From Steroidobacteraceae bacterium (GTDB lineage Bacteria; Pseudomonadota; Gammaproteobacteria; Steroidobacterales; Steroidobacteraceae), in contig JBGPLJ010000001.1 in NCBI GenBank assembly GCA_041486385.1, forward strand, positions 1-37,920: 37,920 nucleotides of DNA, written 5' to 3'. Made by a program: the position numbers and the translations under genes. Under the pieces are notes generated by a model that was not told where the DNA came from, did no database searches, and saw nothing but the letters and a program-made list of their open reading frames with translations. Every line of letters starts with the position of its first letter. Position 1 is the stretch's first letter. Shown here one piece after another: positions 7,568 through 15,988 of this stretch.

Positions 7568-8488
7568 TCAGAGCGTCCAACCCGCTTGGGTGAACCGGGT
7601 CTGTACCGGACAAATCCCGTTGAAGACCGGCTGCCAGCGTTTCGGGATGGGGAAATCGGCGAAGCGGGCAGTGAAATGGTCAGAGGGGTTGTACCACTCG
7701 GTCCATTGCTTGATATACACACTGCCGCCAGCCGCAATCCGATCCATCAGTTTCAGATATCGATCGATCTCCTCGGCCTTCATTTCCTGCAGCGACGAGA
7801 TCGAAAGGGCCAGCGACACGGAGCCGGAATTGATTGTGTCCACGTCGCTGGCATGAACGAAGCGCAGCCGGTCTTTCGGGAACAGGTTCTCGAGGTACCA
7901 GCGCGAGATGGAAAGCGCCGGCTCGATATCGATGACGGTGTACGTGCAGCTGGGGAAGAGGCTCAGCAGGACAAACGCCGTCCGGCCGTAGCCGGCGCCG
8001 ATCTCCGTGATGTTCACCGGTCGACGCGCGACCAGGAGTCGAGAGATCCCCACAACCTCAAGGGCAGAGTTGGCCAGATCCTGCGATATGAGCCTCCCCT
8101 TCCAGAACACGGGCAGGGGATTGCCAAGCTCAGGTTCCGCCAGCCGGAGAACGCCGGCGGAATCTTGCGCGCTGGCATACTCCCAAAGCAGGCGAACGCA
8201 GAAAGTGTAAAGCCAGCGGTCCGCCCTGGCCAGCGGCGCGTCCTTCCAGGCGGCGCTGGCAAGCACGGCGGGTGTCAGCAGACAGCGCAGCATCGTCGCC
8301 GGGTGGCTGGCACCCAAGAGAAAACGCAGTTGCTCGCTGTTGCGGATGGCGTCCCACCGCCAGTTCCAGTTGAAATACTTGAAGGCTTGCCGCCTCTTGA
8401 TCGAGCCGTAGCCGAATTGAGCCAGATCCTGTGCATGGCGTTCGCCAAGCTCGCGCCAGAACTCGGACTGATGAGAGGAAACTGCCAT
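7568..8488 (-). CDS. class I SAM-dependent methyltransferase (putative sugar O-methyltransferase-like), atypical composition
   Basis: ATG 8488 (MAVSSHQSEFW) chosen. The 442-aa ORF in the track runs on into the rhomboid gene. SAM motif I is ITEIGAGYGRTAFVLL, followed by TVIDIEP. GC is lower than in the neighbours. Confidence 0.7.
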   Translation of the reverse strand: MAVSSHQSEFWRELGERHAQDLAQFGYGSIKRRQAFKYFNWNWRWDAIRNSEQLRFLLGASHPATMLRCLLTPAVLASAAWKDAPLARADRWLYTFCVRLLWEYASAQDSAGVLRLAEPELGNPLPVFWKGRLISQDLANSALEVVGISRLLVARRPVNITEIGAGYGRTAFVLLSLFPSCTYTVIDIEPALSISRWYLENLFPKDRLRFVHASDVDTINSGSVSLALSISSLQEMKAEEIDRYLKLMDRIAAGGSVYIKQWTEWYNPSDHFTARFADFPIPKRWQPVFNGICPVQTRFTQAGWTL

Positions 8489-8550
8489 GGTTGAAGGGGC
8501 CAAGATACGGCGATCGGCTGGGCAAAGCCATACCCGCGGGGCCTGACAAT

Positions 8551-9237
8551 CTAGCGGCGCGAGTAGCCGAATGGCACGGAGCGGCGCTTGAAGATGCCGA
8601 CGAGAGCCGCACCCGCGATAAATCCACCGATGTGCGCGGACAACGCGACGCCGCCACCACCACCCGTCAGGTTGCCGAAGATCTGAAGCGCAAACCACAG
8701 CAGCAGCACCCAGATCGCCTTCACGTGCATCAAGCGCGTAAAGAATCCGAGCGGTACGAGCGTCAGAATGCGCGTGTGCGGGAACAGCATCAGATAAGCG
8801 CCGAGCACGCCGGAAATCGCGCCACTCGCGCCGATCATCGGGATCTCGGAATTCGGATGTGGGTAGGCCTGCGAGAGCGCCGCCACCACGCCGCAAATCA
8901 GATAGAACAGCAGATAATTGCCGTGGCCCATGGCCTCTTCGATGTTGTCACCGAAGATCCACAGATACAGCATGTTGCCGGCGAGATGCATGAAGCCGCC
9001 GTGCAGAAACATCGACGTGAGGAGCGACAGGAGCGGCGGCACCGCGCCGATTTCCGGCGGCAGCTGCGCGTCCCGCAGCAGCACCGAGGGAATCATGCCG
9101 AACGCGTAAACGATGCGCTCACCGCCCGCTTCGCCGAGCGACAGCTGCCAGAGAAACGTCAGTACACAGAGCCCGATCAACGTGAAGTTGACGTAGGGCG
9201 TGCTGCCAACGGGGTTCTCATCGCGCAGTGGAATCAC
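8551..9237 (-). CDS. rhomboid family intramembrane serine protease
   Basis: It carries the FMHLAGNMLYLW (H-x-x-x-N), GASGAISGVLG (G-x-S-G) and AHIGGFIAG motifs. GTG 9237 (reads M-IPLRDENP, the usual family N-terminus) is preferred over the TTG at 9372, whose extension is Pro/Arg-rich and looks non-coding. Confidence 0.85.
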   Translation of the reverse strand: MIPLRDENPVGSTPYVNFTLIGLCVLTFLWQLSLGEAGGERIVYAFGMIPSVLLRDAQLPPEIGAVPPLLSLLTSMFLHGGFMHLAGNMLYLWIFGDNIEEAMGHGNYLLFYLICGVVAALSQAYPHPNSEIPMIGASGAISGVLGAYLMLFPHTRILTLVPLGFFTRLMHVKAIWVLLLWFALQIFGNLTGGGGGVALSAHIGGFIAGAALVGIFKRRSVPFGYSRR

Positions 9238-9408
9238 AGCGCTGTCAGGACCTCGGCGTGGGTGCGATTCCCGGTCGCGTAGCCGCTGCGGTCGACCTGG
9301 CATCCTCGGCGCGGGCGCGCTGCTCGGCGACGGCACGCGCGGCATCGAGGCGCTTGCGCGCCACTTCGTCAATCATCAACTGCAGCCACTCCGACAGGGG
9401 TTTTGCAA

Positions 9409-9606
9409 TCATTGCAGGCGCGACCAGGTGAGCACGCGGACGCGTGCGGCCTCCAGATTCAGTTTGTTTGCGAGCAGGCGCCCGATTTCGTCCGCATTCG
9501 GCGGCTCATCGCCGTGGCCGCGGAGCTCAACGACGCCCGTGAACTGGCGCTCCGGCTCGCTGTCCTGCGTATCGACTACAAACGATGTGTAGAACTTGCT
9601 GTTCAT
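9409..9606 (-). CDS. 65-aa conserved hypothetical protein (paralogue of 15989-16186)
   Basis: ATG 9606 (MNSKFYTSFVV...) is preceded by a purine-rich GGGGCAGGGG. It aligns without gaps over its full length to the 65-aa product of 15989-16186, with shared FxGVVEL and xWSRLx C-terminus. Confidence 0.6.
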   Translation of the reverse strand: MNSKFYTSFVVDTQDSEPERQFTGVVELRGHGDEPPNADEIGRLLANKLNLEAARVRVLTWSRLQ

Positions 9607-9671
9607 CAGCCCCTGCCCCGGTGGAACCTCGCGCTTATTCTTGATCAAGACAGCGCGCGGTACTCGGCATT

Positions 9672-10934
9672 TCAGTGATTGGGCACTGCGGGTGACGCTG
9701 TCGCGCCGGGCGCACCAGGCGCGGCGGCCACGGCAGGTGCAGGTGCGGCGGCTTCAGAGCCCGGCTCGCGATCGGACAGCATCTGCTCGAACGTCTGCTC
9801 GCTCACGAGCAGCTCGTTCTTGCCGCTCCAGTTCGATCCGGCGGGCAGCATGTTGTCGACCTGCTTCGCCGACGCCAACACGCTCTCGAGCGTTGCGCCC
9901 TGCGTCGTGATCGGTACGGCCACGGCGCGCGGATCGTGCCCGAGTGCACTGACTTCATCCCAGCGAATTTGACTCGAGTGGTCCTTCAGACGCTTGCGCT
10001 GGCGCGGATCGATGTTGCGGCCGAGCAGTTTCTTCTCGGCCTGCTTCCAGTTCTTGGTGTCGTCCTGCACGGCTCCGTATGCCTGGAAATACATCGCGGT
10101 CTGATGCCAGCCGAAAAGAAATGGCTGATTCACGACCCGCACCTGCGTGCCGATCGGCACCATGTCGTAAAAAGGTTCGACGTCTTCGGGGTAGAGGCGC
10201 ATGCAGCCATGGCTCGAGCGCATGCCCACGCCGTAGGCCTTGTTGGTTCCGTGAATGAGATAGGTCGGCCAGGCGAGCGTGAATTTGCGATTGCCGAGCG
10301 GGTTATCCGGCCCGGGCGGCACGACCGCGGGCAGGTCTTCGCCGTTCTCCAGATGCTCCTTGCGGACTGAATCGGGCACGCGCCACACCGGATCCTTTTC
10401 TTTCGCGATGACCTTGGTCACGCCTTCCGGCGTATTCCAGCCGATCTTGCCGATGCCGACCGGGTGCGTGTACACGGTTTGCAGTTCGCCCTTCTTGCGC
10501 GGCGGAAAGTAGTAGAGCCGCATCGCGGCCACGTTGATGACGATGCCTTCCTTGGGCGCCTCGGGCAGCACGTACTGCGTCGGCAACACGATCGTCTTGC
10601 CGGCGCCGGGCAGCCAGGGGTCAACGCCCGGATTGGCGCGCACCATCTCCTCGTAACCCAGATCGAAGCGTCGGGCGATATCCGGCAGCGTGTCATCAGC
10701 CGTCGCGACGGTCGTTTGCACATAACCAACGACGTCGTCGTGATCCGGGTCGAACTCGAAGCGGTGCGTTGCGCTGGGCGGGTTCTTCGGCACCTCGGCG
10801 ACCGCTGCAGGCGCAGCCTCCGGAGCCGGCGCCTCGTGTTTGGCCCAGGGCCCGTTGAGCAAGGAGCAGCCGGCCATGACTGCTGCAACAGCAGCACCCA
10901 GAATCAAAATGCCAATACGGCGCGTTGTTACCAA
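9672..10934 (-). CDS. L,D-transpeptidase (YkuD domain) lipoprotein with LysM domain
   Basis: TTG 10934 follows AAGGGGA and gives a lipoprotein signal (RRIGILILGAAVAAVMAGC). It has a LysM domain (DTLPDIARRFDLGYEEMVRANPGV) and the YkuD catalytic motif HGTNKAYGVGMRSSHGCMRL. Confidence 0.9.
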   Translation of the reverse strand: MVTTRRIGILILGAAVAAVMAGCSLLNGPWAKHEAPAPEAAPAAVAEVPKNPPSATHRFEFDPDHDDVVGYVQTTVATADDTLPDIARRFDLGYEEMVRANPGVDPWLPGAGKTIVLPTQYVLPEAPKEGIVINVAAMRLYYFPPRKKGELQTVYTHPVGIGKIGWNTPEGVTKVIAKEKDPVWRVPDSVRKEHLENGEDLPAVVPPGPDNPLGNRKFTLAWPTYLIHGTNKAYGVGMRSSHGCMRLYPEDVEPFYDMVPIGTQVRVVNQPFLFGWHQTAMYFQAYGAVQDDTKNWKQAEKKLLGRNIDPRQRKRLKDHSSQIRWDEVSALGHDPRAVAVPITTQGATLESVLASAKQVDNMLPAGSNWSGKNELLVSEQTFEQMLSDREPGSEAAAPAPAVAAAPGAPGATASPAVPNH

Positions 10935-10986
10935 GATTGCAGATCCCCTTCTAATGCGCGAAGTATCGCACCATCGAAAGCCGGCG

Positions 10987-11484
10987 TCACAGCAGCGCCG
11001 GGCGGTCCGGTAGTTCGTTGCGATCACCCGCGGCAGCGGGGAAATGACGCGTCAGTATTTGTCCTACAACCTCGATTCCTGCCGTCGCGCCTTCCAGGTA
11101 GCGACCCTGCCGAAACTCGCTCTCCATGGCGGCACAAGCCGCGCGCCATTCGTCAGGCGCAACTCGCCCAGCAAAGCCGCGATCCGCCACGACTTCCACC
11201 GCGCGATCGGCCAGCAGCACATAGACAAGGACACCATTGTTGAGTTCGGTATCCCAGACACCGAGCTCGGCGAACACGTGCTTGGCTTGCTCGGCCGCGG
11301 TAACGCCCTTCCAGACAGCATTGGGATGCAGCGCCCCTTCGACCGCGAAACGGATTTCGCCGCGGTGCTTGCTCTCGCAGGCATGGACAGCCTGCTCGAT
11401 GGCGGTGAGCACACGATCGTCGAACGCCGAGCGCATGGCGCGTCGGCTGGCGAAGAGGTGCTTGATGAGCCGCGACCCGTTCAT
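10987..11484 (-). CDS. TPM domain-containing protein (cytoplasmic-type partner in the LemA operon)
   Basis: 165-aa ORF with a TPM-like core (HRGEIRFAVEGAL ... VLVYVLLADRAVEVVADRG). Its ATG directly abuts the upstream TAG stop (TAGATG). Confidence 0.75.
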   Translation of the reverse strand: MNGSRLIKHLFASRRAMRSAFDDRVLTAIEQAVHACESKHRGEIRFAVEGALHPNAVWKGVTAAEQAKHVFAELGVWDTELNNGVLVYVLLADRAVEVVADRGFAGRVAPDEWRAACAAMESEFRQGRYLEGATAGIEVVGQILTRHFPAAAGDRNELPDRPALL

Positions 11485-12342
11485 CTACCAGCCCCCGGAA
11501 GCGCCGCCGCCGCCGCCGCCGCCACCACCACCACTCCAACCGCCTCCGCCGCCGCCGCTCCAGCCACCACCGCCAGTCCAGCCGCCACCCAATCCACCGC
11601 GACCCCCACTCATCCAGCGCCCGGGGCCGGAACCCCTGGTCAACGCGATGAAGAACGCAATGACACCGGCGCCTATCGCGACCGGAAGAAACCTTGCGAT
11701 GAACCAGGCCACGGTGCCTGTCAGGGCACCGGAACCAATGGAGCCAATGGTCTTGCCAAAGATCTGCCGCAGCAGAGCGCCGGAGAACAAGGCCACGAAA
11801 AACAGGATCGGCAGCGATGAATCCCAGCCGGGACGCTGCCACGCGGGCTCTGGCTCAGGCAACTGCTCACCGTCGATCACACTCAACATGCGATCGATCC
11901 CCGCGTTGATGCCGTCGTAATAATTTTGCGCCTTGAACTGCGGCACGATGGTCTCGCGGATGATGCGGCTCGCGATGACGTCGGGCAGTACGCCTTCGAG
12001 TCCGTACTGCGTCTCGATCCTGAGGGCATGATCGTCGACCGCGACGAGCAGCAGTGCGCCGTCGTCGATACCTTTGCGGCCGAGCTTCCAGACGTCGAGC
12101 ACGCGTCGCGCATATTGCTCGATCGTTTCAGGTTCCGTCGTCTTGACGATCAGCAACGCGACCTGTGCGCCCTTGCGAGCCTCGAAGGCGCGCAGTTTCG
12201 CCGCGAGGGCTGAGGATTGCGCGGCCGTCAGCAGACCTGCGACATCGGTCACCGGCGAGGTGAGCGCCGGCACAGGCTGATCCGCGCGCGCCGAGAAAAC
12301 CCCGGCGAGCGCGATCAATGCAAAGAGGATGCGTGGAGTCAT
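11485..12342 (-). CDS. TPM domain protein (YgcG-like) with signal peptide, TM segments and Gly/Trp-rich tail
   Basis: It has a signal peptide (ILFALIALAGVFSARA), a TPM domain (VTDVAGLLTAAQSSALAAKLRAFEARKGAQVALLIV ... DDGALLLVAVDDHALRIE), hydrophobic helices, and the C-terminal tail GGRGGLGGGWTGGGGWSGGGGGGWSGG... Confidence 0.85.
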   Translation of the reverse strand: MTPRILFALIALAGVFSARADQPVPALTSPVTDVAGLLTAAQSSALAAKLRAFEARKGAQVALLIVKTTEPETIEQYARRVLDVWKLGRKGIDDGALLLVAVDDHALRIETQYGLEGVLPDVIASRIIRETIVPQFKAQNYYDGINAGIDRMLSVIDGEQLPEPEPAWQRPGWDSSLPILFFVALFSGALLRQIFGKTIGSIGSGALTGTVAWFIARFLPVAIGAGVIAFFIALTRGSGPGRWMSGGRGGLGGGWTGGGGWSGGGGGGWSGGGGGGGGGGASGGW

Positions 12343-12369
12343 CGCCGCAGCGTGGTGTCCGCCGGTGTA

Positions 12370-12981
12370 CTAGTTACCGGTCGGCTTTGGCGCCGGAGCG
12401 TTGAAGTCAACGGTCGGAGGCTTCGAGATCGCCGCCTCATTCTCGACGGAGAAATTGGCCTTGGTCTTGAAGCCGAACATCATCGCCGTGAGATTGCTCG
12501 GGAACACACGCACCGTCGTGTTGAATTGCTGGACGGACTGAATGTAGCGATTGCGCGCTACCGTGATGCGGTTTTCGGTGCCTTCCAGCTGCGCCTGCAG
12601 ATCCTGGAACTGCGCGCTTGCCTTGAGATCCGGGTAAGCCTCGGTGACGGCCAGCAATCGCGACAATGCGCCCGAGAGTTCCCCCTGCGCTGCCTGGAAC
12701 TTGCGAAAGGCCGCCTCATCGTTCACGAGGTCGGGCGTTGCGGCGATGGAGCCCACGTGGCTGCGCGCCTCGGTGACTTCCTTCAGCACCTTCTCTTCGT
12801 ATTGCGTGTAGCCCTTGACGACATTGACAAGGTTCGGCACGAGATCAGCGCGCCGCTGATACTCGTTGAGCACCTGCGACCATTGCGCTTTGATGTTCTC
12901 GTCCTGGCTATTAAGCGCGTTGTAGCCGCAACCGGAGAGGAGCACCGCAACGAGCGGGGCAAGCCATAGCAGTCTTCGCAT
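12370..12981 (-). CDS. lemA: LemA family protein
   Basis: It has an N-terminal anchor (LLWLAPLVAVLLSGCGYN) and the LemA pattern (IKAQWSQVLNEYQRRADLVPNLVNVVKGY...E..L..VTEAR ... AQLEGTENRITVARNRY). A strong AAGGAG lies 6 nt before the ATG. Confidence 0.9.
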   Translation of the reverse strand: MRRLLWLAPLVAVLLSGCGYNALNSQDENIKAQWSQVLNEYQRRADLVPNLVNVVKGYTQYEEKVLKEVTEARSHVGSIAATPDLVNDEAAFRKFQAAQGELSGALSRLLAVTEAYPDLKASAQFQDLQAQLEGTENRITVARNRYIQSVQQFNTTVRVFPSNLTAMMFGFKTKANFSVENEAAISKPPTVDFNAPAPKPTGN

Positions 12982-13002
12982 GACGGACTCCTTGAAAATG
13001 CA

Positions 13003-13037
13003 GCGTCACCGCCGCTGCATTGTGGCGGCGGTGACGC
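13003..13037 (-). terminator. GC-rich hairpin between the M13 peptidase and lemA (possible intrinsic terminator or attenuating structure)
   Basis: 13-bp perfect stem GCGTCACCGCCGC (13003-13015) / GCGGCGGTGACGC (13025-13037) with a 9-nt loop. On the minus strand it is followed by TGCATTTTC, so the U-tract is short and offset. Confidence 0.45.
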
Positions 13038-13051
13038 GCATTTCAATAGCC

Positions 13052-15085
13052 CTACCAGATTTTGATGCGCTCTTCGGGCGCTACGTACATTTTGTCGCCC
13101 GGCTTGACGTCGAAGGCGGTGTAGAACGGATCGAGGTTGACCACGATACCGTTCACCCGGAACTGCGCCGGGCTGTGCGGATCCGTCGAAATGCGGGCGA
13201 TCAGGTCGGCCTCGCGATATTTGCGCCGCCAGACCTGCCCGTACCCGAGATAGAAGCGCTGATCGCCCGTCAGCCCGTCGATCACCTGCGCTGCGGCGCC
13301 GCCGAGCGAGCGTTTGTACGCCTGGTAGGCAATCGCCATCCCCGAAAGATCACCGATGTTCTCGCCGAGCGTAAACCGGCCGTTCAAATGGTGCCCCGGC
13401 ACGGACTCAAAGCCGTCGTATTCCTTGGCGAGGCGATCCGCGCGCGCGGTGAACTGCACTTTGTCTTCGTTCGTCCACCAGTCCTTGAGATTGCCGGCGC
13501 CGTCGAATTTTCGGCCCTGGTCATCGAAACCATGACTGATCTCGTGGCCGATCACTGCGCCGATTGCGCCATAGTTCGCGGCGTCGTCCGCTTCCACGTT
13601 GAAGAACGGGGGCTGCAGGATCGCAGCGGGAAAGACAATCTCATTGCCGACCGGATTGTTGTACGCATTGATGGTCTGCGGCGTCATGCTCCATTCGGTG
13701 CGGTCGATGGGTCCGCCGAGTTTCGCGAGCTGCCGATTGGTCTCGAACTCGTTTGCGCGCAGCACATTGCCCACGAGATCGCCGGCGCGAATCTCAAGCT
13801 TGCTGTAGTCACGCCACTTGTCCGGATACGCGATCTTGACGGTGAAACGCGCGAGCTTGTCGTGCGCATGCCGCCTGGTTTCAGGACCCATCCATTGGAG
13901 CTGGTCGATATCGGCATCGAGCGCTGCCAGCACATTCTTCACGAGCTGATCCATGCGCACTTTCGCTTCGGGCTTGAAGTGGCGCGCGACGTAGAGTTTG
14001 CCGGCCATTTCTCCCATGCCGTCTTCGACCGACTGCACGCCGCGCTTCCAGCGCGGACGATTCTGCTCGATGCCATGCAGCGTCTTCGCATAGAGATTGA
14101 AATTCGCCTGCACGAAGGCATCGCTGAGGTATGGCGCCAGGGTGTCGATGACATGGAACTTGAGGTACACCTTCCAGTCGGCGAGCGGCACCTCGTCGAA
14201 AGTCTTGGCGAGCGCCGTGAAGTAGGTCGGCTGCGAGATCACGAGGTCGCCCACCGGCACCTTGCCTTCGGCGAGGAACAGTTTCCAGTCGAAACCGGGC
14301 ATCAACTTGCCCGCATCCGCCAGCGTGAATTTGTTGTAGGTCTTGTCCGCGTCGCGACTGTCCGCGCGCGACCACTGCGACTCAGCCAGATGGGATTCGA
14401 GCTTCATGACTCGGGCCGCCGCCGCGTGCGCGTCCCTTACGCCTGCGAGCGACAGCACTTTTTCCACATAGTCGAGATAGGCCGCGCGGTAGGCCACGAA
14501 CTCCTCGTCCTGCTTGAGGTAGTAGTCCCGATCCGGCAACCCAAGACCGCTCTGGTCCCAATAGGTGATGTACTTCGTCGTATCCTTGGCGTCCTGATTG
14601 ACATTCGCGTTGACCGGCACCTTGATCGAAACGCGCAGCGCGTGTGCGAGATAGCGCACCAGCGAGGGGCGGTCCTTGATCGCGTTGATGCGGCCGAATT
14701 CCGCCTGCAGCGGTGTCACGCCGAGCTTCTCGATGCGGGCGGTGTCCATGAAGCTCGCATACATGTCGCCGATCTTCTGGGCGTCCGATCCTTTGGCGTG
14801 TGCCTTGTCCGCCGCGGCTTCCTCGATGATCGCGCGCAGATCGCTCTCCGCCTTGTCGGCGAGGGCTGTGAAAGTCCCGTAGTTCGACTTGTCGGCTGGA
14901 ATTTCCGTGCGCGCGATCCAGCCGCCGTTGACGTACAGGAAGAAGTTGTCCTGCGGTCGCACCGATTTGTCGAAGCCGGAGGAATCGATACCGGACTTGA
15001 GCATCGTTTCCGCAGCGCCGCCCGCTGCGCTGAGAGCGAGAACAAGGGCAAGAGAGGTGGCAACAACAGCCAGTGGGCGTTTCAT
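13052..15085 (-). CDS. pepO: M13 family zinc metallopeptidase (PepO / endothelin-converting-enzyme-like)
   Basis: ATG 15085 gives a signal peptide (MKRPLAVVATSLALVLALSAAGGA). It has the zinc motif HEISHGFDD (HExxH) and the downstream GENIGDLSG (E-x-x-x-D). Confidence 0.9.
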   Translation of the reverse strand: MKRPLAVVATSLALVLALSAAGGAAETMLKSGIDSSGFDKSVRPQDNFFLYVNGGWIARTEIPADKSNYGTFTALADKAESDLRAIIEEAAADKAHAKGSDAQKIGDMYASFMDTARIEKLGVTPLQAEFGRINAIKDRPSLVRYLAHALRVSIKVPVNANVNQDAKDTTKYITYWDQSGLGLPDRDYYLKQDEEFVAYRAAYLDYVEKVLSLAGVRDAHAAAARVMKLESHLAESQWSRADSRDADKTYNKFTLADAGKLMPGFDWKLFLAEGKVPVGDLVISQPTYFTALAKTFDEVPLADWKVYLKFHVIDTLAPYLSDAFVQANFNLYAKTLHGIEQNRPRWKRGVQSVEDGMGEMAGKLYVARHFKPEAKVRMDQLVKNVLAALDADIDQLQWMGPETRRHAHDKLARFTVKIAYPDKWRDYSKLEIRAGDLVGNVLRANEFETNRQLAKLGGPIDRTEWSMTPQTINAYNNPVGNEIVFPAAILQPPFFNVEADDAANYGAIGAVIGHEISHGFDDQGRKFDGAGNLKDWWTNEDKVQFTARADRLAKEYDGFESVPGHHLNGRFTLGENIGDLSGMAIAYQAYKRSLGGAAAQVIDGLTGDQRFYLGYGQVWRRKYREADLIARISTDPHSPAQFRVNGIVVNLDPFYTAFDVKPGDKMYVAPEERIKIW

Positions 15086-15098
15086 GCAAAGAACTCCT

Positions 15099-15842
15099 TC
15101 AACCGATGCGACCGACAATGAGATCAAGCGGCCAGCGGACCAGCCGCATTTTTCCATCCGCCCAAGATAGCGCGAGCCGCGCGCGCAATTGGATCAGCGG
15201 GTCGCTGCCGACCGCGTCCCGGTAACGGCTCACCGCAGACCATGTGCCGATGTAGTTCACGAGATCCTCGGCGGACCATTCAACGGCGAGCTCAAAGGAC
15301 GGCGCCGCGCAGCGCTCGAATGGAAACGGCAGCGTGCGATAGCCGGCGTCGACGTAGTGGCGCTCGGGCGGCCAGTACGGCCCGATGAATTCGCGAGTGA
15401 AATCGGCGACATCCTGATCGACGCCCCGGTTCACGATGCATCGGCCGTAGGTCCACAGCGCGATTACAGCAAGGGGAGACCCGACGCGTTCCACTTCGGC
15501 ATAGAAAGCGGGGAGATTGAACCAGTGTGCGGCTTGCGCGACGGTGACGAGTGCGCAACTGCCGCTCCTGATCGGCGCCTGCTCGGCCGTTGCGCAGGCA
15601 TAGAGGACACGCGGTTCTCTCTGTCGTTCGGCCAATTGCGCAGCACTCGCGTCAGTGGCCAGGACCCGCTCGAAGTGCTGCGCGAGACTCACTGCCGCCT
15701 GACCGTTACCTGTCGCGCAGTCCCAGGCAAGCTTGCGCCCCGGCGCCAGGCTCGCCAGAAATTCATACAGCGCTGCGGGATAGCTCGGCCGGAACTGGCG
15801 ATAGGCCGCCGAGTGACGCGAGAAGTGATCCTTGAAGCTCAC
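15099..15842 (-). CDS. class I SAM-dependent methyltransferase
   Basis: GTG 15842 (reads M-SFKDHFSRHSAAYRQFRPSYP, the usual family N-terminus). SAM motif I is LAWDCATGNGQAAVSLAQHF..VLATDAS. The stop lies 13 nt upstream of the pepO start. Confidence 0.8.
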   Translation of the reverse strand: MSFKDHFSRHSAAYRQFRPSYPAALYEFLASLAPGRKLAWDCATGNGQAAVSLAQHFERVLATDASAAQLAERQREPRVLYACATAEQAPIRSGSCALVTVAQAAHWFNLPAFYAEVERVGSPLAVIALWTYGRCIVNRGVDQDVADFTREFIGPYWPPERHYVDAGYRTLPFPFERCAAPSFELAVEWSAEDLVNYIGTWSAVSRYRDAVGSDPLIQLRARLALSWADGKMRLVRWPLDLIVGRIG

Positions 15843-15888
15843 GCGCGCTAGTAGACCGCAACTGCGGCCCAGATAAGAAGGAGAGGGT

Positions 15889-15920
15889 AAAAAAAAACCC
15901 CGAACCTTGAGTTCGGGGTT
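15889..15920 (-). terminator. rho-independent terminator of the 65-aa gene
   Basis: The minus strand reads AACCCCGAAC-tcaagg-TTCGGGGTT followed by nine U. A second 10-bp hairpin (AGCGGACTTT/AAAGTCCGCT, 15926-15957) lies just upstream. Confidence 0.85.
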
Positions 15921-15988
15921 GGAAAAGCGGACTTTACGAAGGGATGGAAAGTCCGCTAGGGGATCGGGTCGAGCGGCGCGGCCGCCAC

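Noticed and set aside
8489-8896. N-terminal extension of the methyltransferase ORF to 442 aa
   Set aside because: The extension overlaps the rhomboid protease gene in another frame and is Arg/Trp-rich nonsense. ATG 8488 gives a protein of normal length for the family.
9399-9418. 13-bp palindrome TGCAATCATTGCA overlapping the stop codon of the first 65-aa gene
   Set aside because: It is too short and has a 1-nt centre, so it cannot form an RNA hairpin. With a single occurrence it is indistinguishable from chance.
11488-11620. GC-rich short tandem repetition (CCGCCGCC/CCACCACC runs) that could be taken for a microsatellite or array
   Set aside because: It is the in-frame coding sequence of the Gly/Trp-rich C-terminal tail of the YgcG-like TPM protein. 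There is no spacer-repeat periodicity, so it is not a CRISPR array.
12980-15121. 713-aa ORF on the + strand spanning the entire M13 peptidase gene
   Set aside because: It lies exactly antisense to a gene with unambiguous HExxH/M13 homology. Its product is the Arg/Val/Asp/His-rich low-information sequence typical of shadow frames in high-GC DNA. I saw no motif, signal sequence or RBS.
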